This document shows, piece after piece, positions 46,453 to 55,423 of a DNA stretch of 64,000 bases (the stretch's first letter is position 1; each line of letters begins with the position of its first letter). Under the pieces are notes generated by a model that made no database searches, had not been told where the DNA came from, and saw nothing but the letters and a program-made list of their open reading frames with translations. The stretch comes from Bacillota bacterium (GTDB taxonomy: Bacteria > Bacillota > Clostridia > Christensenellales > CAG-138). Where the stretch lies: positions 2,489 to 66,488 of the forward strand of contig JAEWQH010000009.1 of assembly GCA_023399275.1 (NCBI GenBank), read 5' to 3'. A program made the translations under genes and the position numbers.

Positions 46453-47379
46453 ATGGAAAAGAAGACATCCGTGTCCGATGCAGCGAAGGCGGAGGCGGCA
46501 AAGAAGGCCGCTGCCGCCCGCAAAGCCGCACAGGCCAAGGGTAAGGCGACGAAATCCGCGCCGGCCGCGCCCGCGCCGAAGAAAGTGCCTGTCCAGACAA
46601 AAGAAGCGGCGGAAACTGTAGACCAGGCCGTGGAATCGACCCCGGCATCTGGCGGCGGCAAGGGCTCCGTCAAGGGCCTGCGCATCGGCGCCATCGTCCT
46701 CTGGGTGCTCGCCCTCGCGGCGGAGGTCGCGGCGTTCTTTGCCTTCAGCTATGCCATCCGAAACGGCGCGCAGAACTGGAACGATCCGGAATTCCTGCTC
46801 ATGATCGGCGCGCTCGTGCTCGACGCGATCTTCTGCATCGTCGCAGCGCAGCTCTGGAAGAAGGCAAACCGCATCCGCCCGAGCCTTGCAGACAGCAAGC
46901 TCGTGCGCACGCTCTGGCATCAGCTGGGCGTGATCATGGTGCTCGTGTGCTTCCTGCCCATCGGCATCTTCCTGCTCGCCAAATCCGATAAGCTCAACAA
47001 GAAGACCAAGACCATCCTTATCGCCATCCTTGCGGCGCTGCTCGTCGGCGCGGGCGCAGCCAGCACCGACTTCCAGCAACCGAGCGAAGAGCAGGTGCAG
47101 CAGCTGCAGGAGGAAGCAGCCGCGGAAGCCGTCGGCACCGTTTACTGGACGCGCTACGGCAAGAGCTATCACTTTGACCCGAACTGCCCGCATATCGCCG
47201 GCAAGACGCCCGCCTCCGAGGGCGGCACGCTCTTTAGCGGCACGCTGGACGAGGCCTTTGCAGCCAACCGCTGGGATCCCTGCGACACCTGCGCGGGCGG
47301 CGCACAAGCCAAACTCGACGAAGCGGCAGGCAGCCTAACGGATACGACCGACACAGCCGAAGAACAGCCCGAGGGCTGA
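46453..47379 (+). CDS. Hypothetical membrane protein: Lys/Ala-rich N-terminus, 4 TM, C-terminal Cys/His motif
   Basis: 308 aa. GGAGGT RBS. N-terminal AKAEAAKKAAAARKAAQAKGKATK; C-terminal YWTRYGKSYHFDPNCPHI…WDPCDTC. Confidence 0.65.
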   Translation: MEKKTSVSDAAKAEAAKKAAAARKAAQAKGKATKSAPAAPAPKKVPVQTKEAAETVDQAVESTPASGGGKGSVKGLRIGAIVLWVLALAAEVAAFFAFSYAIRNGAQNWNDPEFLLMIGALVLDAIFCIVAAQLWKKANRIRPSLADSKLVRTLWHQLGVIMVLVCFLPIGIFLLAKSDKLNKKTKTILIAILAALLVGAGAASTDFQQPSEEQVQQLQEEAAAEAVGTVYWTRYGKSYHFDPNCPHIAGKTPASEGGTLFSGTLDEAFAANRWDPCDTCAGGAQAKLDEAAGSLTDTTDTAEEQPEG

Positions 47380-47395
47380 TGCGCAAAGCAACACA

Positions 47396-47430
47396 AAAAC
47401 GGAACCGCCGGCCGGCGGTTCCGTTTTTTC
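47396..47430. terminator. Bidirectional rho-independent terminator
   Basis: AAAAACGGAACCGCCGG|CCGGCGGTTCCGTTTTTT, a perfect palindrome. Confidence 0.85.
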
Positions 47431-47447
47431 ATGTACATGCGGTTTTG

Positions 47448-48242
47448 TTATCTTCCGGCAAAGAGCAGGTGGCTGCTTCTGCCAAGCATCTCCGGCTTCT
47501 CCGAGCAATAGAGGTGGTAGCGCAGATACTGCGCATAATCCTCGTCACCAAGCGCGTTGATCGTGTCCTCCAGCAGCTCGCTCACACCGTCCACAGCAAT
47601 CTCGCGCCGAATCACAACGCCGCTTTGCCAGAGCATTGCGCGCATTTGATCCAGCGTGAAGAACACAAACGGAAAATCCTCCACCTTGAACGAATCGTGA
47701 TCATACGTGTTTTCCGAAAAGAACCCGGGCCGGCAGGAAAGCTCGGTCAGCACCACCATGTCGTTGGAGATGAATGCAAAGAAGATCGTACCGTCCGGCG
47801 TGCAGACGCGCTTCGCTTCGGTTATTGCGCGGGTGCGATCATCGGAGGAGGCGAGGTGATACAGCGGCCCCATCAGCAGCACAACATCAAAGCTTGCATC
47901 TGCAAACATCGAAAGATCCAGCGCGTTGCCCTGCAAAAGCCGCACAGGGTATTCCGCCGAAATCTTCTGTCGAAACACGTTGATATTCACCGCTGAAAGC
48001 TCCACGGCGGTAACGGCATAGCCAAGGCGCGCAAAATGCAAGCTATACGCTCCGGCGCCGGCGCCGACATCGAGAATACGCGCGCCCGGCGCGAGTACGG
48101 ATTCAATCGCACGTGCGGTGGTGATAAACTCCACCTGCGCTGCCTTGTTTCGGTTGAGTCGGGTGCTTTCATCGAAGATCTCGTAGGTAGCGGCGGTCCG
48201 CTCCGCTTCGTTCCAAATAGCCCTAAGCGACTCCAGCTCCAT
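47448..48242 (-). CDS. Class I SAM-dependent methyltransferase
   Basis: 264 aa. Motif I ILDVGAGAGAYSLHFA. Confidence 0.8.
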   Translation of the reverse strand: MELESLRAIWNEAERTAATYEIFDESTRLNRNKAAQVEFITTARAIESVLAPGARILDVGAGAGAYSLHFARLGYAVTAVELSAVNINVFRQKISAEYPVRLLQGNALDLSMFADASFDVVLLMGPLYHLASSDDRTRAITEAKRVCTPDGTIFFAFISNDMVVLTELSCRPGFFSENTYDHDSFKVEDFPFVFFTLDQMRAMLWQSGVVIRREIAVDGVSELLEDTINALGDEDYAQYLRYHLYCSEKPEMLGRSSHLLFAGR

Positions 48243-48279
48243 CCCGTCACCCCCGTTTCGAATCCGCTGCGCACCCTAT

Positions 48280-49620
48280 TTATGGCTGCGCTGTCGCATC
48301 TTCCGGTACACCCTGAGCGGATATTTCCGCGAAAACCCTATCGCGGATCTCCGCCTTGTTTCGAAAATACGGACGAAGCGCCGCAGGAATGGCAACGCTG
48401 CCGTCCGCGCGAAGGTTGTTTTCCAGAAACGCGATCAGCATGCGCGGTGGCGCGACAACGGTGTTATTGAGCGTGTGCGGAAAGTAGTTTCCCGTCTCTT
48501 TGTTTTTTACGCGGATGCCGAGCCGCCGCGCCTGCGCGTCCCCAAGATTGGAGCAGCTGCCCACCTCAAAGTACTTCTTCTGGCGCGGAGACCATGCCTC
48601 CACGTCCACGCTCTTGACCTTAAGGTCGGCCAGGTCGCCCGAGCAGCACTCCAGCGTGCGCACAGGGATGTCCAGCGTACGGAAAAAATCGACGGTGTTC
48701 TGCAGCAGCGTGCCGAACCACGCCATGCTCTCTTCCGGCTTGCAGACGACGATCATCTCCTGCTTTTCAAACTGGTGGATGCGGTATACGCCCCGCTCCT
48801 CGATGCCGTGGGCGCCGACCTCCTTGCGAAAGCACGGCGAGTAGCTCGTCAGCCGCTGCGGCAGCTCGCTCTCTTCCAGAAACGCGTCGATGAACTTGCC
48901 GATCATGGAGTGCTCGCTGGTGCCGATGAGGTAGAGATCCTCCCCCTCGATCTTGTACATCATGCCTTCCATCTCGGAGAAACTCATGACCCCGTCCACC
49001 ACGCCGCTGCGGATCATGAACGGCGGGATATAGTAGGTAAATCCACGCTCCACCATAAAATCCCGCGCATAGGCGAGAATCGCAGACTGCAGCAGCGCGA
49101 TGTCGCCGCAAAGATAGTAGAACCCGTTGCCGCTGGTCTTGCGCGCGGCGTCCAGATCGATGCCGTTAAAGCGCTCCATGATATCCACATGATAGGGGAT
49201 CTCAAAGTCCGGCACCGCCGGCGCGCCGAAGCGCGCGAGCTCCACATTCTCGCTGTCGTCCCTGCCGATCGGCACGGAGTCGTCTATGATATTCGGGATA
49301 ACGAGCATGCGCTTGCGAATCTCCGCCGAGAGCTCGGTTTCGCGCTCCGCCAGACACGCCATCTCGTACGCCATGTCACTCACCTGCGCCTTGGCGGCCT
49401 CCGCCTCGTCCCGCCGGCCCTGCGCCATGAGCGCGCCGATGGATTTGCTGATGGCGTTGCGCTGGGAGCGCAGGTAGTCCGCGCGGGTGTGCGCCTCGCG
49501 AAACGATGCATCCAACTGCGCCACCTCGTCTACCAGCGGAAGCTTGTCCGCCTGAAATTTCTTTTTGATGTTCTCTTTGACCAGCTCCGGCTGTGTGCGG
49601 ATGAGCTTGATATCCAGCAT
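48280..49620 (-). CDS. serS: Serine--tRNA ligase
   Basis: 446 aa. MLDIKLIRTQPELVKENIKKK… coiled-coil arm followed by a class II core. Confidence 0.9.
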   Translation of the reverse strand: MLDIKLIRTQPELVKENIKKKFQADKLPLVDEVAQLDASFREAHTRADYLRSQRNAISKSIGALMAQGRRDEAEAAKAQVSDMAYEMACLAERETELSAEIRKRMLVIPNIIDDSVPIGRDDSENVELARFGAPAVPDFEIPYHVDIMERFNGIDLDAARKTSGNGFYYLCGDIALLQSAILAYARDFMVERGFTYYIPPFMIRSGVVDGVMSFSEMEGMMYKIEGEDLYLIGTSEHSMIGKFIDAFLEESELPQRLTSYSPCFRKEVGAHGIEERGVYRIHQFEKQEMIVVCKPEESMAWFGTLLQNTVDFFRTLDIPVRTLECCSGDLADLKVKSVDVEAWSPRQKKYFEVGSCSNLGDAQARRLGIRVKNKETGNYFPHTLNNTVVAPPRMLIAFLENNLRADGSVAIPAALRPYFRNKAEIRDRVFAEISAQGVPEDATAQP

Positions 49621-49660
49621 ACGATCCCCCCTATCTGTCCGTTCCCAGGATTGCTTTGGC

Positions 49661-51352
49661 CTACATGCGCTCCGGCGCGGCGACCCCGATGAGCCCGAGG
49701 CCGATGGCTACGACGCGCCTCGTCGCATCCGTCAGCGCAAGCCGCGCCTGCCGAAGGGCCGCGTCGTCCGCCATGATGCGCTGCTCATAGTAAAACTTGT
49801 TGAACGCGGCGCAGATGCCCATGACCGCGCGGGTGACCAGATATGGCTCGTTTTTCTCCATCGCCTCGGCGACAGCATCCGGGAACGCGCCGAGCGCGGC
49901 GACCACCGCCGCAGCCTCCGCGTCCGCCAGCTTGCCGTAGTCCACATCCGCCGGCGTATAGCCCGCCTTGCGCAGCACGGAGCAGGCGCGCGCGTGGGTA
50001 TACTGCGCGTAGGGGCCGGTCTCGCCGTCGAAGTTGAGCACCGCATCCCAATCGAACACAACATCCTTGATGCGCCCGTTGTAGAGGCTGTTCCAAATCA
50101 GCGCGCCGACGCCAACCTGCCGCGCGATCGTCTCCTTATCCTCAAGATCGGGGCTCTTTTCGCAGATGATGTCGTAGGTCTTTTCGCAGGCGGCGGCAAG
50201 CACATCCCGCAGCTTGACCATATTGCCCTTTCGGGTGGAAAACGCGCCCTCTGTGCCGGAGACCATGCCAAACGAGACGTGCACGAGATCCTTCGCCCAG
50301 TCGTAACCCATCAGTTCGACCACCTTGAACCACTGCCGAAAATGCAGATCCTGCTGGTAGGCGACGACATAGAGGCACTTGGCAAAATCGTAGGTATCCT
50401 TGCGGTAGAGCGCGGCAGCGATGTCGCGCGTGGCATACAGCGTCGCCCCGTCGGAGCGCAGAATGATGCACGGCGGCATCTTGTACGCGGAAAGATCGAC
50501 GATCTGCGCGCCCTGGTCGAGCTTGAGCAGGTGCTTTGCACGCAGCTCGTCCACCACGCGCCCCATCTTGTCGTTGTAAAAGCTCTCGCCGGCGTAGCTG
50601 TCGAAGCGCACGCCGAGGATCTCGTAGACCTGCTCGACCTCCTTGAGCGTGATCGTTTTAAACCACTCAAAGAGCGCCAGCGCCTCCGCGTCCCCGTCCT
50701 CGATGCGCTTGAACCACGCGCGCGCCTCGTCATCCAGTGCGGGGTTTGCCTCGACTTCCTGATGATAGCGCACGTAGATCTTCACCAGCTCGTCCACGCC
50801 GCCGCGGTCGATGGTCTCGCGGTCTCCCCAGAGCTGGTAGGCCACGATCATCTTGCCAAACTGCGTGCCCCAGTCACCCAGGTGGTTGATGCCCACGGAG
50901 GTGAATCCCATATGGTTGTAGATGCGATACAGCGCGGCGCCGATCACCGTCGTGGGCAGATGGCCGATGTGAAACGGCTTTGCGATATTGACGGAAGAGT
51001 AGTCGATGCAGACATTGCGCCCCTTGCCCCGGTCGGAGCCGCCGTAGCGCGCGCCCTCGGCAAATACGCGCGAGAGCACCGCCTTTGCCTGCGCGCTCCT
51101 GTCGAGGTAAAAGTTCACATAGCCGCCGGCGGGAACCGCGCGCTCGACGCCTTGCGGCAGGATGAGCGCGCCTGCGATCTCGCCCGCAATCACGGGCGGC
51201 GCCTTGCGCAGCGTCTTGGCCAGCTTAAAGCAGGGGAAAGCAAAGTCCCCCATCTCCGGCGCGGGCGGAGTTTCGAGCCAAGTGATCAGTTCCTCCGCGG
51301 GGATGCCAGCAGGGGCGGAGAGCGCAAGGGCGATTGCCTGTTTGAAATCCAT
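49661..51352 (-). CDS. argS: Arginine--tRNA ligase
   Basis: 563 aa. N-terminal add-1 domain, HIGH motif (…NIAKPFHIGHL…), and a C-terminal anticodon-binding domain ending …PERM. Confidence 0.9.
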   Translation of the reverse strand: MDFKQAIALALSAPAGIPAEELITWLETPPAPEMGDFAFPCFKLAKTLRKAPPVIAGEIAGALILPQGVERAVPAGGYVNFYLDRSAQAKAVLSRVFAEGARYGGSDRGKGRNVCIDYSSVNIAKPFHIGHLPTTVIGAALYRIYNHMGFTSVGINHLGDWGTQFGKMIVAYQLWGDRETIDRGGVDELVKIYVRYHQEVEANPALDDEARAWFKRIEDGDAEALALFEWFKTITLKEVEQVYEILGVRFDSYAGESFYNDKMGRVVDELRAKHLLKLDQGAQIVDLSAYKMPPCIILRSDGATLYATRDIAAALYRKDTYDFAKCLYVVAYQQDLHFRQWFKVVELMGYDWAKDLVHVSFGMVSGTEGAFSTRKGNMVKLRDVLAAACEKTYDIICEKSPDLEDKETIARQVGVGALIWNSLYNGRIKDVVFDWDAVLNFDGETGPYAQYTHARACSVLRKAGYTPADVDYGKLADAEAAAVVAALGAFPDAVAEAMEKNEPYLVTRAVMGICAAFNKFYYEQRIMADDAALRQARLALTDATRRVVAIGLGLIGVAAPERM

Positions 51353-51393
51353 CGATCGTTTCCTTAGTTTTCTGATTCTGTTTGTAATGAATG

Positions 51394-51422
51394 ATTATAT
51401 CAAAGAAAGCCCCTTCTGTTAA
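51394..51422 (-). promoter_or_regulatory. Candidate argS promoter
   Basis: Minus strand reads TTAACA, 17 nt, TATAAT, with a TG two nt upstream of the -10 box. Confidence 0.55.
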
Positions 51423-51430
51423 GGGCAAAT

Positions 51431-51482
51431 ATATCCGGCCGGATATGGAATCTGTATAAACCGCGGCCGGTTCGCGGTTTAT
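51431..51482. repeat. Two adjacent palindromes between the divergent argS and ileS promoters
   Basis: ATATCCGGCCGGATAT (51431..51446, perfect 16-mer) and ATAAACCGCG-GCCGGTT-CGCGGTTTAT (51456..51482). Confidence 0.6.
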
Positions 51483-51507
51483 GCACGCGTATTCGGGCGC
51501 GCAGCCC

Positions 51508-51536
51508 TTTACAAACCGCGCAAAAACCGCTATACT
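51508..51536 (+). promoter_or_regulatory. Promoter of the ileS T-box leader
   Basis: TTTACA, 17 nt, TATACT. Confidence 0.55.
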
Positions 51537-51542
51537 GCATCT

Positions 51543-51807
51543 GTTACAGCGTTGATCGGGACAGGCCGGTTTCCATAGATTGTCCGCAAGAGCGAGCCGC
51601 GTATGGTGCAAGGCGGCGGCGGGCGGGAAACGCCGGTATCCCCCGTGAGCGCGCACGCCAAAGGCGAGAGCCGAGTAGCGGGCGACGTATCCCCGCGTTA
51701 AGGGGACTTGAGCGGGCGATTCTTTCGCCAAGCAGGGTGGTACCGCGCAGAGCCGATTTCGTGCTTTTCGTCCCTTCTTCTTCGGGGACGGGAGGCCGTT
51801 TTTTTAC
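51543..51807 (+). promoter_or_regulatory. T-box riboswitch leader (candidate Ile specifier AUC at 51638..51640)
   Basis: Stem I elements AGAGCGAGCC…GGTGCAA. Conserved T-box sequence GGGTGGTACCGCG at 51735..51747. A downstream GC-rich hairpin (CGTCCC…GGGACG, extendable with G-U pairs) is followed by CCGTTTTTTT. ileS lies immediately downstream. Confidence 0.8.
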
Positions 51808-51871
51808 GCGTTTTCCGATGCAACCGAGTTTTTTCCCGAATTATGATACGCAAACAAGGAGAGCGAACCGA

Positions 51872-54800
51872 ATGTACAAAAAAGTATCGAGCGAGCTGAA
51901 TTTTGTCCCGCGCGAGAAGGAAGTGCTCGCGTTTTGGAATGAGCACCAGATCTTCCAAAAGAGCGTGCGGCTCAGAAAGGGCGCAAAGCCCTACACCTTC
52001 TTCGACGGGCCGCCGACGGCGAACGGCAAGCCGCACATCGGCCATGTACTCACGCGCTCGATCAAGGATATCGTGCCGCGCTATAAGACCATGAAGGGCT
52101 TCGACGTGCTGCGAAAAGCGGGCTGGGATACCCATGGCCTGCCCGTAGAGATCGAGGTGGAAAAGCAGCTCGGCCTCGACGGCAAGGAGCAGATCGAAGC
52201 CTACGGCATCGAACCGTTCATCAAGGAATGTAAGAAATCGGTCTGGAAATACAAGACCGAGTGGGAGCATATGTCCGACCGCGTCGGCTTCTGGGCGGAC
52301 ATGGAGAACCCCTACATCACCTACGACAACAACTACATCGAGAGCATCTGGTGGGCGCTCAAGACCATCCACGAAAAAGGCCTGCTCTACAAGGGGCACA
52401 AGATCGTCCCCTACTGCCCGCGCTGCGGCACGGCGCTGAGCAGCCACGAGGTCGCGCAGGGCTATCACGACGTAAAGGAAACCTCCGCCATCGCGAAGTT
52501 CTTCCTGCGGGACGAGCCGGATGTTGCGATCCTCGCGTGGACGACCACGCCCTGGACGCTGCCGAGCAACGTCGCCCTCTGCGTCAACACAAACGAGACC
52601 TACGCTACCGTCAGGCAGGGCGGACAGACCTATATCCTCGCGGAAGCGCTGGTGAAAAACGCGCTCGGCGAATCCGCCGAGATCGTCTCCACCTGCAAGG
52701 GCGAAGATCTCGTCGGCACCGAATACGTGCCGCTGTTTGACCTGCCCGTCAACTTCGGCAGCAAGACCGGCTACCGCGTCGTGGCGGACGACTACGTCTC
52801 GCTTGAGGACGGCACCGGCGTCGTCCACATCGCGCCCGCGTTCGGCGAAGACGACGCGCGCGTGGGCAAAAACTGGGAGCTGCCGTTTGTACAGCTCGTC
52901 AACGCCAGCGGCCACATGACCGGCGGCACGCCCTGGGACGGGCTCTTCGTCAAAGACGCGGACAAGCCCATCCTCGACGAACTGGAGCGCACGGGCAAGC
53001 TCTTTGCCGCGCTGCCGTTTGAGCACAGCTATCCTTTCTGCTGGCGCTGCGACACGCCGCTGATCTACTACGCCAGAGAGAGCTGGTTTATCCGCATGAC
53101 TGCGGTGAAGCAGAAGCTCATCGCCTTCAACCGCAGCGTCAACTGGATTCCAGAGACGATCAAGGAAGGCCGCATGGGCAATTTCCTCGAAAACGTGATC
53201 GACTGGAGCGTCTCGCGCGAGCGCTACTGGGGCACGCCGCTGCCGGTCTGGATGTGTGAATGCGGCCATGTGCACGTGGTCGGCTCCCGCGAGGAGCTCA
53301 CGCGGCTCGACCCCTCCGTCTCCCCCGACATCGAGCTGCATAAACCCTACATCGACGAGGTGACCTTTCCCTGCCCCAAGTGCGGCAAGACGATGAAGCG
53401 CGAGCCGGTGGTGATCGACTGCTGGTTCGACAGTGGGGCCATGCCCTTTGCGCAGTGGCACTATCCATTCGAAAACAAAGAGGAGTTCGAGCGGCGTTAC
53501 CCCGCGCAGTTCATCAGCGAGGCCATCGACCAGACGCGCGGTTGGTTCTACTCGCTGCTGGCCATCTCCACCTGCCTCTTCGATGAAGCAGCGTTCCAAA
53601 ACTGCATCGTCATGGGCCACGTGCAGGATATGGAAGGCCGCAAGATGAGCAAGCACCTCGGCAACGTGGTCGATCCCTGGACGGTGCTCGACGCGCAGGG
53701 TGCGGACGCGGTGCGCTGGTATTTCTACATCGGCTCCATGCCGTGGCTGCCCAGCCGTTTTTCGGCGGAAGCGGTCAGCGAAGCACAGCGGAAGTTCATC
53801 GGCACGTTTTGGAACACCTACGCCTTCTACATCCTCTATGCGGAGATCGACCGGTTCGATCCCACGCAATACCGGCTTGCGGACTGCGCGCTCTCCGAGA
53901 TGGACCGCTGGCTGCTCTCGCGGCTCAACACACTGGTCAAGACCGTGGACGGCCACCTCGACAAGCTGCGCATCACGGAGGGCGGGCGCGCGCTGCAGGC
54001 GTTTTCGGACGAACTCTCCAACTGGTATGTCCGCCGCTGCCGCGAGCGTTACTGGGGCAGCGAGATGACCGGAGACAAGATCGCGGCGTACATGACGCTG
54101 TTTACCGCCCTGCAGACGCTGACGCTGCTGAGCGCGCCGTTTTTGCCGTTTATGACGGAGGAAATCTACCAAAATCTCGTGCGCAGCGTAGACCACGGCG
54201 CGCCGGAGAGCGTCCACTTCTGCGACTATCCCGTCGCGGATGAAAGCCGCATCGACGCGGAGCTGGAGGCGAATATGGCACGCGTGCTGGACATCGTCAC
54301 GCTCGGCCGTGCCGCCCGCAACGACGGCAGCGTCAAAACCCGCCAGCCGCTGGCGCGGATGTACATCCAGGGGGAACCGCTGGGTGAGCACTACGTCAGG
54401 ATCATCACCGAGGAGCTCAACGTCAAGCAGGCGGAGTTCGTCGCGGACGCGTCGGGCTTTCTGAGCTACCAGGTCAAGCCGCAGCTCAAAACGCTCGGCC
54501 CGCGCTACGGCAAGCTCCTGCCGAAGATCGGCGCACACCTGAGCGCACAGGGTGTCGGCAACGCGGTGGTCAAGGCGCACGCCGCCGGCCAGAATTACGA
54601 GACGACCATCGAAGAGGTCTTCGTCGTGCTTGGCCCTGAGGACGTGCTCGTCTCCACCGGCAAGGCGGACGGCTTCGTCGCCGCGACGGATGAGGACACC
54701 ATCGTGGTGCTCGATACCAAGCTCACGCCGGAGCTCATCGACGAAGGGTTTGTGCGCGAGCTGATCAGCAAGGTGCAGACCATGCGCAAGGAAGCAGGCT

Positions 54801-54988
54801 TCGAGGTGAGCGACCACATCGCGCTCTCCTACGAGGGCAGCGCGCGAATCGGGGACATCTTCGCCCGCTTTGGGGACGAGATCCTTTCCGAAACGCTCGG
54901 CGACGCGCTGATCCGCGGCGCGCAGGGCTACACGAAAGCATGGGATGTCAACAAGGAAACCGTCACTCTCGGCGTGGAACGCAGGTAA
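51872..54988 (+). CDS. ileS: Isoleucine--tRNA ligase
   Basis: ORF trimmed to the ATG at 51872 (MYKKVSSELNFVPREKEVLAFW…) after AAGGAGAG. 1038 aa. HIGH (…PHIGHVL…), KMSKH (KMSKS variant), and a zinc-finger C-terminus. Confidence 0.9.
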   Translation: MYKKVSSELNFVPREKEVLAFWNEHQIFQKSVRLRKGAKPYTFFDGPPTANGKPHIGHVLTRSIKDIVPRYKTMKGFDVLRKAGWDTHGLPVEIEVEKQLGLDGKEQIEAYGIEPFIKECKKSVWKYKTEWEHMSDRVGFWADMENPYITYDNNYIESIWWALKTIHEKGLLYKGHKIVPYCPRCGTALSSHEVAQGYHDVKETSAIAKFFLRDEPDVAILAWTTTPWTLPSNVALCVNTNETYATVRQGGQTYILAEALVKNALGESAEIVSTCKGEDLVGTEYVPLFDLPVNFGSKTGYRVVADDYVSLEDGTGVVHIAPAFGEDDARVGKNWELPFVQLVNASGHMTGGTPWDGLFVKDADKPILDELERTGKLFAALPFEHSYPFCWRCDTPLIYYARESWFIRMTAVKQKLIAFNRSVNWIPETIKEGRMGNFLENVIDWSVSRERYWGTPLPVWMCECGHVHVVGSREELTRLDPSVSPDIELHKPYIDEVTFPCPKCGKTMKREPVVIDCWFDSGAMPFAQWHYPFENKEEFERRYPAQFISEAIDQTRGWFYSLLAISTCLFDEAAFQNCIVMGHVQDMEGRKMSKHLGNVVDPWTVLDAQGADAVRWYFYIGSMPWLPSRFSAEAVSEAQRKFIGTFWNTYAFYILYAEIDRFDPTQYRLADCALSEMDRWLLSRLNTLVKTVDGHLDKLRITEGGRALQAFSDELSNWYVRRCRERYWGSEMTGDKIAAYMTLFTALQTLTLLSAPFLPFMTEEIYQNLVRSVDHGAPESVHFCDYPVADESRIDAELEANMARVLDIVTLGRAARNDGSVKTRQPLARMYIQGEPLGEHYVRIITEELNVKQAEFVADASGFLSYQVKPQLKTLGPRYGKLLPKIGAHLSAQGVGNAVVKAHAAGQNYETTIEEVFVVLGPEDVLVSTGKADGFVAATDEDTIVVLDTKLTPELIDEGFVRELISKVQTMRKEAGFEVSDHIALSYEGSARIGDIFARFGDEILSETLGDALIRGAQGYTKAWDVNKETVTLGVERR

Positions 54989-55069
54989 AAATACGCCCGG
55001 GCTTTGCCCGCCAAAACGGTTCCTTCGCGCCAATGATTCAAAAAAATGATGCCATTGCTGCATTTTTGC

Positions 55070-55099
55070 TTGACAAACGTCGGTGCGATTGATTAAAAT
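55070..55099 (+). promoter_or_regulatory. Promoter of the leuA T-box leader
   Basis: TTGACA, 18 nt, TAAAAT. Confidence 0.55.
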
Positions 55100-55105
55100 A
55101 GCGGC

Positions 55106-55389
55106 AATATCCCATATGACCCCAAAAGCGACGAAGGGAACAAGACGCGGTCTCCCCCGCTTAGAGAACCGGCGGTTGGTGCAAGCCGGTGCGGCAGTCC
55201 GTGTGTATGGCTCATCCCGGAGCTTTTTGCCTGAATGATTGCATTAGGGCGAAACGATTGACCCCGTTACCGGTCTCGGCCTTGTTGGAGGCTATCGAGG
55301 GCCGACCGGGAGAACCGGCGGCCGAACCAGGGTGGTACCGCGTTGACACACGCCCCTGACCAAAAGAATTTGGTCAGGGGCGTTTTTTC
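55106..55389 (+). promoter_or_regulatory. T-box riboswitch leader (candidate Leu specifier CUC at 55211..55213)
   Basis: AGAGAACCGGCGGTTGGTGCAA stem I elements. GGCTCAT is a specifier-like context with a purine after the codon. T-box AGGGTGGTACCGCG at 55329..55342. Strong terminator CGCCCCTGACC-N9-GGTCAGGGGCG + TTTTTT. Confidence 0.85.
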
Positions 55390-55423
55390 GTTCTCTGGCC
55401 GCCATGAACAGGAGGAGCTTGCC

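Noticed and set aside
51353-51747. Possible T-box leader for argS on the minus strand
   Set aside because: The conserved GGGTGGTACCGCG reads on the plus strand, and its terminator points toward ileS. The argS leader is only about 40 nt long.
51698-55063. 1121-aa minus-strand ORF
   Set aside because: It is fully antisense to ileS and its T-box leader. It has an Arg/Ala/Val/Asp/His-biased composition and no recognisable domain.
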